Positions 8,600 through 15,816 of a DNA stretch of 64,000 nt are shown here, piece by piece. Source of the stretch: an uncultured Chloroflexia bacterium (GTDB lineage Bacteria > Chloroflexota > Limnocylindria > Limnocylindrales > CSP1-4); NCBI GenBank assembly GCA_963728635.1, contig CAVSKR010000005.1, forward strand, positions 264,998-328,997, written 5' to 3'. The first letter of the stretch is position 1; each line of letters opens with the position of its first letter. A program made the position numbers and the translations under genes. The notes under the pieces were generated by a model. That model was given only the letters and a program-made list of their open reading frames with translations, did no database searches and had not been told where the DNA came from.

Positions 8600-9618
8600 T
8601 GGACGATCCGAGCCGTCGACCCGACGGCTCCTGGCCGGGCGACCGGCCGATCCGCTGGGATCGGGTCGCCGCCAACATGACCTGGTTCGTGATCGGGACG
8701 GCGGCGGGTGCCTTCCAGCTGGCACTGGCGATCCCGGTCCTGTCCGTCGGGCGAGGCTGGCTGGGTGTCGCCCTCGCCGCCGTGTGGGGCGCATTGACCC
8801 TGTTCGCGGCGTGGTCGTGGGTGAGAGGCAGGTGGCGGATCGTCATCGCGCCGGTCCTCACGGCCGCCGCGCTGTTCGCGGTGGCGATCATCGGTGGGCC
8901 GCCGCCTCCGCCGGTGTCCGGGCCGCTCCTGACCGACAATCCCGCCGGGGTCGTCCCGGGAGTCGCCTATCAGCCGGTGATCGAGCCCGCTGGGTTCAGC
9001 ACCATCGTGACCAATCCCTACATGCCGCTCGTCCCGGGAACGACGCGGATCTACGAAGGTGGCGACGAACGGATCGAGGTCACCGTGACCTCGAGCACGC
9101 GCGAGGTGATGGGCGTCCAGACGGTCGTGGTGCGCGACCGTGCGTTCCGCGGCACCTCCCTCATCGAGGACACGGAAGACTGGTTCGCCCAGGATGCCGA
9201 CGGGAACGTGTGGTACTTCGGCGAGGACACCGCGGAGTGCCGCGGCGGTTCGATCGCCGGCCGTCCCGGCGCCTGGGAAGCCGGCGTCGATGCGGCGCAG
9301 CCAGGCATCGTGATGCTCGCCGCGCCGCGCGTCGGCGATTATTACCGGCAGGAGTTCTACGCCGGACGGGCCGAGGATGTGGCACGCGTCCGCGAGCTCG
9401 GAGCGACTGTCGTCCAGGACGACGTGACCTACGCCGACGTGCTCGTGACCGAGGACTTCACCGCCCTGGAGCCCGGCCAGCTCGAGCACAAGTCGTACGC
9501 GCCGACCGTCGGCCTCATCGAAGAGCGCGACGCGGCCGGTGGCCAACCCATCCAACTCAGCGACACAACGGTCGGCGAACCGGTCGCCTCGGACGCCGGT
9601 TCGCTCTGCCAGGGGTAG
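8599..9618 (+). CDS. Hypothetical membrane protein: 3 N-terminal TM helices plus ~230-aa extracytoplasmic domain of unknown function
   Basis: Start overlaps the rnhA stop (TGATG). Hydrophobic helices then GPPPPP linker, then a soluble domain (WYFGEDT, YYRQEFYAG). No family recognised. Confidence 0.55.
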   Translation: MDDPSRRPDGSWPGDRPIRWDRVAANMTWFVIGTAAGAFQLALAIPVLSVGRGWLGVALAAVWGALTLFAAWSWVRGRWRIVIAPVLTAAALFAVAIIGGPPPPPVSGPLLTDNPAGVVPGVAYQPVIEPAGFSTIVTNPYMPLVPGTTRIYEGGDERIEVTVTSSTREVMGVQTVVVRDRAFRGTSLIEDTEDWFAQDADGNVWYFGEDTAECRGGSIAGRPGAWEAGVDAAQPGIVMLAAPRVGDYYRQEFYAGRAEDVARVRELGATVVQDDVTYADVLVTEDFTALEPGQLEHKSYAPTVGLIEERDAAGGQPIQLSDTTVGEPVASDAGSLCQG

Positions 9619-9621
9619 AAT
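9616..9621 (+). promoter_or_regulatory. TAGAAT -10-like hexamer ~6 nt upstream of rnpB 5' end
   Basis: gggTAGAATtggaagGGTCAGCG, lying within the 3' end of the upstream CDS. Confidence 0.35.
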
Positions 9622-9626
9622 TGGAA

Positions 9627-10010
9627 GGTCAGCGAGGCGGTCGGATGGTCGCGCGGCACCGGTCGGGGTGACCCGCGGGTGCCGTGAGGAAAGTCCGAGC
9701 TCCACAGCGCAGGGTGGCGGGTAACTCCCGTCCGTCGTGAGACGAGGACCAGTGCCACAGTGACGATGCCGACGCCCGGCTCTCGGGCCGGGCGGCGGAG
9801 TGAAACGGGCAAACTCCACCCGGAGCAAGGCCAAATAGGAGGGCGCAACCCGCGCCGGGCAACCGGCCGGGGGAGAGGCGCGCTGCCCAGCCCTCGGGTC
9901 GGCCGCATGAGCCGTCGGGCGACCGACGGCCTCAGATGGATGGCCATCGCCGGTCGACGCTTCGAGCGTCGATCGGCACAGAACTCGGCTTACAGACCGC
10001 CCTCGCTGAC
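9627..10010 (+). ncRNA. rnpB: RNase P RNA, bacterial type A
   Basis: Universally conserved GAGGAAAGUCCGAGCUCC (CR-I) and AAACUCCACCCGGAGCAAGGCCAAAUAGG. These match E. coli M1 RNA. 3' ACAGAACUCGGCUUACAG (CR-V). P1 stem is formed by 5' GGUCAGCGAGGCGGUC and 3' GACCGCCCUCGCUGAC. Confidence 0.9.
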
Positions 10011-10039
10011 AAATGACTTCAGGCGGAGGTCTCTAATCC

Positions 10040-10273
10040 TCATCGGGGCGGAAGATGTGCGGCGCCGTGCAGGCGTTGCAGATCGGCATGGCCGAATTCG
10101 AGGTCCCCGAGAGGGATCGGGATCTTCCGGTCCGGGAACAGGCATTCCACGTCGTAGACGCGGTCGGAGCCCGCTTCCACGTCGATCAGGCGCCGAAATG
10201 TGCAGCGCTTGATCCGGTGCGGCGCCAGGTGATAGGCGTCGGGCTGGGGCGGGATGATGGGGAGCGGAAGCGC
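10040..10273 (-). CDS. Small hypothetical protein (77 aa), convergent with rnpB
   Basis: MALPLPIIPPQPDAYHLAPHRIKRCTF...: GC3 ~83%. More protein-like than the overlapping Arg-rich plus-strand ORF 10055..10384. Confidence 0.35.
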   Translation of the reverse strand, partial: ALPLPIIPPQPDAYHLAPHRIKRCTFRRLIDVEAGSDRVYDVECLFPDRKIPIPLGDLEFGHADLQRLHGAAHLPPR

Positions 10274-10397
10274 CATGGGATCCGGTCGAGGCCTCGTACA
10301 CGATCGTGGGACAGGCGTCCTGCGATCTTGGCGCCGGAGCCTAGCACCCGATTCTCGGCGACGGCAAGGAACGAAAGGTACTAGGCTGATGTCCCGG

Positions 10398-10415
10398 ATG
10401 CGCTCGAGAGCGCAT
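10398..10415 (+). promoter_or_regulatory. Perfect inverted repeat ATGCGCTC-ga-GAGCGCAT, candidate operator ~17 nt upstream of LysM gene start
   Basis: Read directly: 8-bp arms, 2-bp spacer, in the divergent intergenic region 10274-10431. Confidence 0.4.
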
Positions 10416-10431
10416 CGATCAGGGAGGTTGA

Positions 10432-11553
10432 GTGGCAGACGACAGTGGGCTTCCGCCCACCCCCCGCCCACGCCGCCGCCGCACCGACATCGACCCGAAT
10501 GCCCCGTCTCCGCCTGTCGCCAATGAGCGTCGACGACGTCGGAAGGCCTCGGCTGCAGATGCAGCTCCTCCCAGCCCCGAGGCGGCGGCAGCGCACGATG
10601 TCGCCTCCGAAGCCGTGCCCCCGCCGGTCGCCGAGGTCGCCCCGACAGCCCCGAGCGCCCCGACCGCGTCGCCATCTGATGCGGCGGTGCCCTTCCACGT
10701 CCCGGGCCTTGCCGCGACCGCGCTGACCGACCGCGACGAGGTCGTCGCCGATGCGACCCCCGTCGAAGTCCCCACCGACGACCGCCGATCCTGGCTGCAG
10801 GTCCTCGACGATCGCTCGCCCGACCCGAACGTGTGCCCCTTCCTGCGCGCGACCGGCCAGAGCGGCCTCGTCGCCCCGATCGAATCGCCCGACACCGCGA
10901 ACCGCTGCGCCGCGCTCGCCGAGGCCGTGCCGCAGTCGCTTCGGCAGCAGGAGCTGGTCTGCCTGTCGACCGGCCACGTGAACTGTCCGCGCTATCTCCG
11001 CGGTGCCGCGGTGATCGCCGAGACGCCGACACCGGTGGTCCGCGAGGGGCGGGCGATGTCGCCTGCGATGCTCGGGTCGCTGGTGGTGCTCGTCCTGGCG
11101 CTCAGCGCCTCGGTGGGTTTCGTGCTGGCCCGGGGCGGTGCCCTGGACATCGGCCCGACAGGCGTCCCCGCCAGTGCGTCGCCGTCGGCCGTCGCTGCCG
11201 CCTCACCGTCCGTCGTGGCGAGCGCACCGGTCGTCGCGCCGACCTCGATCGCCCCCGTCACGCCCTCGCCGACGCCCCTGGTGACCCCATCGCCACTACC
11301 GACCGCGACACCGGCTCCGACACCCGAGCCGACCCCGCGAGCGACGCCCAGGTCCGACCGCTATCGATTGCTGCGGGCGTGTCCGAGTACGCCGCGCTGC
11401 TGGATCTACACCGTCCGAAGCGGCGACAACGTGTTCAGCATCGCGCGCTACTTCGGCGTCTCCCAGGACAGCATCTACGACCGGAACCCGTGGCTGCGCA
11501 CCCGGGGCCTGCGAGCCGGCCAGGAGTTGCGGCTGCCACCGCCGACGCGGTAG
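10432..11553 (+). CDS. LysM domain membrane protein (disordered cytoplasmic N-region, Cys motif, 1 TM, Pro/Thr/Ala-rich linker, C-terminal LysM)
   Basis: GTG start with GGGAGG SD. TM LGSLVVLVLALSASVGFVLA. Linker PTSIAPVTPSPTPLVTPSPLPTATPAPTPEPTP. LysM YTVRSGDNVFSIARYFGVSQDSIYDRNPWL...GQELRLP. Confidence 0.7.
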   Translation: MADDSGLPPTPRPRRRRTDIDPNAPSPPVANERRRRRKASAADAAPPSPEAAAAHDVASEAVPPPVAEVAPTAPSAPTASPSDAAVPFHVPGLAATALTDRDEVVADATPVEVPTDDRRSWLQVLDDRSPDPNVCPFLRATGQSGLVAPIESPDTANRCAALAEAVPQSLRQQELVCLSTGHVNCPRYLRGAAVIAETPTPVVREGRAMSPAMLGSLVVLVLALSASVGFVLARGGALDIGPTGVPASASPSAVAAASPSVVASAPVVAPTSIAPVTPSPTPLVTPSPLPTATPAPTPEPTPRATPRSDRYRLLRACPSTPRCWIYTVRSGDNVFSIARYFGVSQDSIYDRNPWLRTRGLRAGQELRLPPPTR

Positions 11554-11765
11554 TCGATTTGGGTGTCGCCCGGGAGGCGACACCAGCCGGTCGAGGACGC
11601 AGCTAGCCGACTCTCGGTGCCCGAGTGTCGCGTCGGAGGCGACAGCAGCGGGTCGAAGCCGCCCTGGCCGGGCTTCAGGACGCCCGCGTCCCCTGGGAGG
11701 CGGCAGCAGGCCGCGGCGGCCGCCCGAGAAGCCCGTCGGTGCGTGGCGATTTCCCGATTTATGCA

Positions 11766-11794
11766 TTGACTCAGGCCCGATCGCGCCGTACGAT
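11766..11794 (+). promoter_or_regulatory. Candidate Pmra promoter: TTGACT -17 nt- TACGAT
   Basis: TTGACTcaggcccgatcgcgccgTACGAT: near-consensus sigma-70 hexamers with 17-nt spacer, ~115 nt upstream of mraZ. Confidence 0.55.
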
Positions 11795-11800
11795 GCGCCG

Positions 11801-11826
11801 AAGTGGTCCAAAGTGGTGGGAAGTGG
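11801..11826 (+). promoter_or_regulatory. MraZ operator: three direct AAGTGG repeats at exact 10-bp phasing
   Basis: AAGTGGtccaAAGTGGtgggAAGTGGggaa immediately downstream of the -10. Matches the known MraZ direct-repeat binding-site architecture upstream of dcw clusters. Confidence 0.65.
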
Positions 11827-11908
11827 GGAACAGCGGCCAGGCACGTGCGACAGGCCGAGACCCCGAACCCAGAGGACCAGGCTCAGGCAGTCCAAGGAGC
11901 CCCCACGG

Positions 11909-12337
11909 GTGTTCACCGGCGAGTACCGGCACACGGTGGACGACAAGGGACGGATCGCCGTCCCCGCGAAGTTCCGCGCCCAGCTCGGAGCTGGTGCGGT
12001 CGTCTCGCGCTGGCTCGACGCCTGTCTGGCCATCCACACGCAGGGGGGTTGGGACGCGCTCGCGGCGAAGGTCGCGGCGCTGCCCATCACCGACCAGAAC
12101 GCCCGCCGCTTCCAGCGCCTGATCTTCGCGGGCGCGGCGGAGGTCGATCTCGATCGGCAGGGCCGGGTCCTGCTGCCTGCCTATCTGCGCGAGCACATCG
12201 ATCTGGGCACTGAGGCCGTGGTCGTCGGCTCGCGCGACCACGCCGAGATCTGGGTCCCGTCGACCTGGGCGACATACGCCCAGGGCCTCGAAGACCCGGA
12301 CGAGCTGGCCGAGGCCTTCCAGGGCCTCGGGATCTAG
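11909..12337 (+). CDS. mraZ: Transcriptional regulator MraZ
   Basis: VFTGEYRHTVDDKGRIAVPAKFR...GRVLLPAYLREHIDLG: duplicated MraZ/SpoVT-AbrB domains. GTG start preceded by AAGGAG SD. The ORF-track start 11813 lies within the operator. Confidence 0.85.
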   Translation: MFTGEYRHTVDDKGRIAVPAKFRAQLGAGAVVSRWLDACLAIHTQGGWDALAAKVAALPITDQNARRFQRLIFAGAAEVDLDRQGRVLLPAYLREHIDLGTEAVVVGSRDHAEIWVPSTWATYAQGLEDPDELAEAFQGLGI

Positions 12338-12398
12338 CTCACACCACATGCGCTTCCAGGGTCCGCTCGGGATCCGATCGACGAGGAGTGGAGGAGAG

Positions 12399-13346
12399 AT
12401 GGAGGTAGGGCACATCCCGGTGCTGGCAGAGGAGGTCATGTCGATGCTCGCGCCTGCGCCGGGGAGCCTCCAGATCGATACCACCCTCGGCGGCGGTGGG
12501 CACACCGAGCGGATCCTGGAGGCGACCGACCCTGATGGCCGCCTCCTCGGCCTCGATGCCGATGGGGCGGCCATCGCCAGAGTGGACGGTCGCCTCCGCC
12601 CCCGATTCGGGGATCGCCTCGTCCTGCGCCAGTCCAACTTCAGGGTGCTCGGTGATGTCGCCCGCGAGGCCGGCTTCGGCGCTGTCGACGGCGCCCTGTT
12701 CGATCTCGGCCTGTCGAGCTACCAGCTCGCCGATTCGGAGCGCGGGTTCGGGTTTCGGGCAGGTGGCCCGCTCGATATGCGCTTCGATCCTTCGCGCGGC
12801 GTGCCGGCCGCAGATCTCATCGCCACTCTCGACGCGCCCGAACTGACCGCGCTTTTCCGCCGCTACGGCGAGGAACCGAGGGCCGGTCGGATCGCGCGCG
12901 CGATCGTCGATGCGCGGCGCACGGCGCCGCTCACCACCGCCGAAGAGCTGGCAGCGCTCGTGGAGCGCGTGTCACCACCGAATCCTCGCCAGCCACGGCG
13001 GACGCATCCGGCGACCCGCGTGTTCCAGGCCCTGCGTATCGCGGTCAACGAGGAGCTGGACGCGCTGCAGGAAGGCCTGGCGGCGGCGGTCGACCTGCTC
13101 CGACCGGGTGGCCGCCTGGTCGTCCTCAGCTACCACTCGCTCGAAGACAGGATCGTCAAGCGCTTCTTCGCCGCTGAGCGGCGGGGCTGCGTCTGTCCAC
13201 CGGAGCTCCCGGTCTGCGTGTGCGGCCGGAATCCCCGCCTTCGACTCCTGACGCGCCGGTCGGTGACCCCGACGGCGTCGGAGATCGAGGCCAATCCACG
13301 CGCCCGGAGCGCCCGCTTGCGGGCCGCCGAGCGACTGGCCGCCTAG
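12399..13346 (+). CDS. rsmH: 16S rRNA (cytosine1402-N4)-methyltransferase
   Basis: HIPVLAEEV...DTTLGGGGHTE...FDLGLSSYQLAD...RVFQALRIAVNEEL...LSYHSLEDRIVK conserved RsmH/MraW motifs. Confidence 0.9.
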   Translation: MEVGHIPVLAEEVMSMLAPAPGSLQIDTTLGGGGHTERILEATDPDGRLLGLDADGAAIARVDGRLRPRFGDRLVLRQSNFRVLGDVAREAGFGAVDGALFDLGLSSYQLADSERGFGFRAGGPLDMRFDPSRGVPAADLIATLDAPELTALFRRYGEEPRAGRIARAIVDARRTAPLTTAEELAALVERVSPPNPRQPRRTHPATRVFQALRIAVNEELDALQEGLAAAVDLLRPGGRLVVLSYHSLEDRIVKRFFAAERRGCVCPPELPVCVCGRNPRLRLLTRRSVTPTASEIEANPRARSARLRAAERLAA

Positions 13347-13376
13347 CCCAGGCATCCCGACGGAAGGAGGAGCCCC

Positions 13377-13574
13377 ATGAGCAAGCGTCACCACACCAGC
13401 CGGCGCAAGGCCTACGGCCGCCGCCAGCACGAGGTTCGCGAGCGCCACGACCGCGGGCAGCATGTCGACGCGTCGCCGGCCGACCTCGAGCAGTGGGGCT
13501 CCGGTGCTCCCGCCGACCCGCTGTCGTTCCTCGATCCGCGCGCGCCGCGGTTCCGCTTCGCGTCGGGCGACTGA
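13377..13574 (+). CDS. Small basic hypothetical protein (65 aa) between rsmH and ftsL
   Basis: Strong SD (GGAAGGAGGAG) 5 nt before ATG. GC3 ~89%. Stop 4 nt before the ftsL start. His/Arg-rich with no TM. Confidence 0.5.
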   Translation: MSKRHHTSRRKAYGRRQHEVRERHDRGQHVDASPADLEQWGSGAPADPLSFLDPRAPRFRFASGD

Positions 13575-13577
13575 TCG

Positions 13578-13961
13578 ATGGCCGTCTACGAGGGCGCACG
13601 CCCCCGCACCATCGCGCTGCCGAGACGACCGCGGCTCATCGAGACGCCGCTGCTGCCGCGTCGGCGTGCCCGCGCGGCGGTCCGTGCCCATCGGACGGCC
13701 AGGGCTCGCCCCGGCCTGCTGCTGGGATTGATCGTCGTCGCGTTCATGCTCGCGTTCTTCTCGCTCGCCCAGCAGGTCCGTGTGTCGGCCACGAGCTACG
13801 ACATCGGCCGGCTGCAGGTCGAGCGGGAGCGGCTCGATGCGCGACTCCAGGAGATCACGTCGGACCTGAGCCGGCTGGGTCGCGAGCCGGCCGTCCGCAA
13901 GCTCGCGCTCGATGCCGGGCTCGGCCAGCTGGGCGAGACCGTCCTGCTTCCGGCCCGCTGA
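13578..13961 (+). CDS. ftsL: Cell division protein FtsL-like (septum formation initiator, single TM + coiled coil)
   Basis: 127 aa. TM LLLGLIVVAFMLAFFSLA followed by the coiled-coil YDIGRLQVERERLDARLQEITSDLSRL. Canonical position between rsmH and ftsI. Confidence 0.7.
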   Translation: MAVYEGARPRTIALPRRPRLIETPLLPRRRARAAVRAHRTARARPGLLLGLIVVAFMLAFFSLAQQVRVSATSYDIGRLQVERERLDARLQEITSDLSRLGREPAVRKLALDAGLGQLGETVLLPAR

Positions 13962-13980
13962 TCGTCGGAGCCGACGAGCG

Positions 13981-15816
13981 ATGCTTGGTCGCACCGATTC
14001 CCGCCGCCGCCTCCTGGTCCTGCTGACGGTCTTCATCGTCGGCTCGCTGGCGCTGTTCGCTCGCACCGCGTACTGGCAGGTCCTCAACGGCGACTTCCTG
14101 ATGGCTCGTGCGGCTGCGCAGACGACGGTCAGGATCGAGGTCGCCGGACGGCGAGGCGACATCTACGACCGGACAGGGACCGTCCTGCTCGCGACGACCA
14201 TCGACCGCGATCGTCTGGTCGCCGCCGCGGACCAGCTCGCACGCGATCCCGCGGCACGGATCCGGACCGGTGACGAGCTCGTCCGGCTGCTCAAGCTCGA
14301 AGAAGCCGACGCGGCCACGCTGCGCGAGAAGCTCGCCTCGGAGCGGCCGTACATCGTCATCGCACGCGGCATCGAGCCGTCCGTGGCCGAGCGCATCCGC
14401 CAGGCGCTGCGCGACGAGCGGATCGTCCACGTCGCCCTGGAGGCGGAGCCGGAGCGGGTCTATCCGCAGGACGGCGGCGGGCCCGAATCCACCTTGGCCG
14501 CCCACCTGCTGGGGTTCGTGAACCGGGAGAACAACGGCCAGTACGGCGTCGAGCAGGCGTATCAGGAGACGCTCGCGGGGAACCCGCGGATCATGGTCGC
14601 CCAGCGCGACGTGAGCGGCCGGCCGATGCCCGAGACGGCGGTGGTCGAGGCGCCCGGCTCGATCGGCGAGGACGTCCGCCTGACGATCGACGCAAGCCTC
14701 CAGCTGGCCCTCGAGCAGGAACTGCTCGCCGCCTGGATCGCCGACGAGGCAAAGAGCGTGTCGGCGATCGTCATGGATCCGTACACCGGGGCGGTCTACG
14801 CCGAGGCGACCTACCCGTCGTACGACGCGAACGACTACCGGACCATCGCCGCCGAGGCGCCGAGCCGGTTCATCGACCCGGTCGTCTCGAACGTCTACGA
14901 GCCGGGCTCCGTCTTCAAGATGATGACCGCCGTGACCGCCCTGGAGTCCGGGACGGTCACGCGCACGACCCGCATCAAGGACGTCGGGACGCTGCGGCTC
15001 GACAACGGTGAGACGAAGATCGATAACGCCGATCACCGGGGGATGGGTTGGATCACGTTCGAGGACGGGATCGCGTACTCCCGGAACGTCGTCGCGGCAA
15101 AGGTCGCCCTCGGCCTCGCTGACACGACCAACGAGTCGGCAGCGATGCTGTACGACACCTGGCGCAAGCTCGGCTTCGGGGAGAAGTCCGGCATCGACCT
15201 CGCCGGCGAAGCGTCGGGGAGCGCCTACGTCCGAGACCCCGCAGTCACGCCATGGAGCGAGATCGATCTGGCGAACGGGGCGTTCGGCCAGGGCGTCGCG
15301 GTGACCCCCATGCAGCTGGCCGCGGCGTATGCCGCCCTCGTGAACGGCGGGACGCTCGTCCAGCCGCATGTCGTGAGCGGCGTCGGGTCGCGCGACGTCA
15401 CCGCGACGGACCGGGGTCGCGTGGTCCCCGAGAAGATCTCGCGGACGCTCCTGCGGATGATGGATCACGTCGTCGAGGAAGTGTCGTATTACCGCGACCG
15501 GACGCTGGTGCCCGGCTACCACGTGGGTGGCAAGACCGGCACGGCCCAGATCTGGGACGCCAAAAAAAAGGCCTGGAAGGACAACCTTTTCAACTTCACG
15601 TTCGTCGGATACATCAGTCGCGAGGCCGGCGCACCGGATCTCGTGATCGCGGTCCGCATCGAGGAGGGCCGACCGCGTCTGCCGCGCCTCGGCCTGCTGG
15701 AGATGCCCGTGATGTCCTTCGAGCTGTTCCGCCGGGTGGCGACCGACGCGATCCGGACGCCTGACTTGCTGGACGACCGCGTCGTCGCCGAGCCCGTGCC
15801 CGTCACGGACCGGTGA
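13981..15816 (+). CDS. ftsI: Peptidoglycan D,D-transpeptidase FtsI (class B PBP)
   Basis: N-terminal TM, PBP dimerisation domain, then transpeptidase motifs SVFK (SxxK), SRN (SxN), KTGT. Confidence 0.9.
   Translation: MLGRTDSRRRLLVLLTVFIVGSLALFARTAYWQVLNGDFLMARAAAQTTVRIEVAGRRGDIYDRTGTVLLATTIDRDRLVAAADQLARDPAARIRTGDELVRLLKLEEADAATLREKLASERPYIVIARGIEPSVAERIRQALRDERIVHVALEAEPERVYPQDGGGPESTLAAHLLGFVNRENNGQYGVEQAYQETLAGNPRIMVAQRDVSGRPMPETAVVEAPGSIGEDVRLTIDASLQLALEQELLAAWIADEAKSVSAIVMDPYTGAVYAEATYPSYDANDYRTIAAEAPSRFIDPVVSNVYEPGSVFKMMTAVTALESGTVTRTTRIKDVGTLRLDNGETKIDNADHRGMGWITFEDGIAYSRNVVAAKVALGLADTTNESAAMLYDTWRKLGFGEKSGIDLAGEASGSAYVRDPAVTPWSEIDLANGAFGQGVAVTPMQLAAAYAALVNGGTLVQPHVVSGVGSRDVTATDRGRVVPEKISRTLLRMMDHVVEEVSYYRDRTLVPGYHVGGKTGTAQIWDAKKKAWKDNLFNFTFVGYISREAGAPDLVIAVRIEEGRPRLPRLGLLEMPVMSFELFRRVATDAIRTPDLLDDRVVAEPVPVTDR

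Noticed and set aside
10055-10384. Plus-strand 109-aa ORF downstream of rnpB
   Set aside because: Arg/Asp-rich low-complexity translation with lower GC3 than the overlapping minus-strand 77-aa ORF. I kept the minus-strand ORF, at low confidence, instead.
15541-15560. A8 homopolymer in ftsI (DAKKKAWKD)
   Set aside because: The frame is intact across it and Lys-rich loops are normal. It is unusual in a high-GC genome and a potential slippage site, but there is no sign of a defect here.
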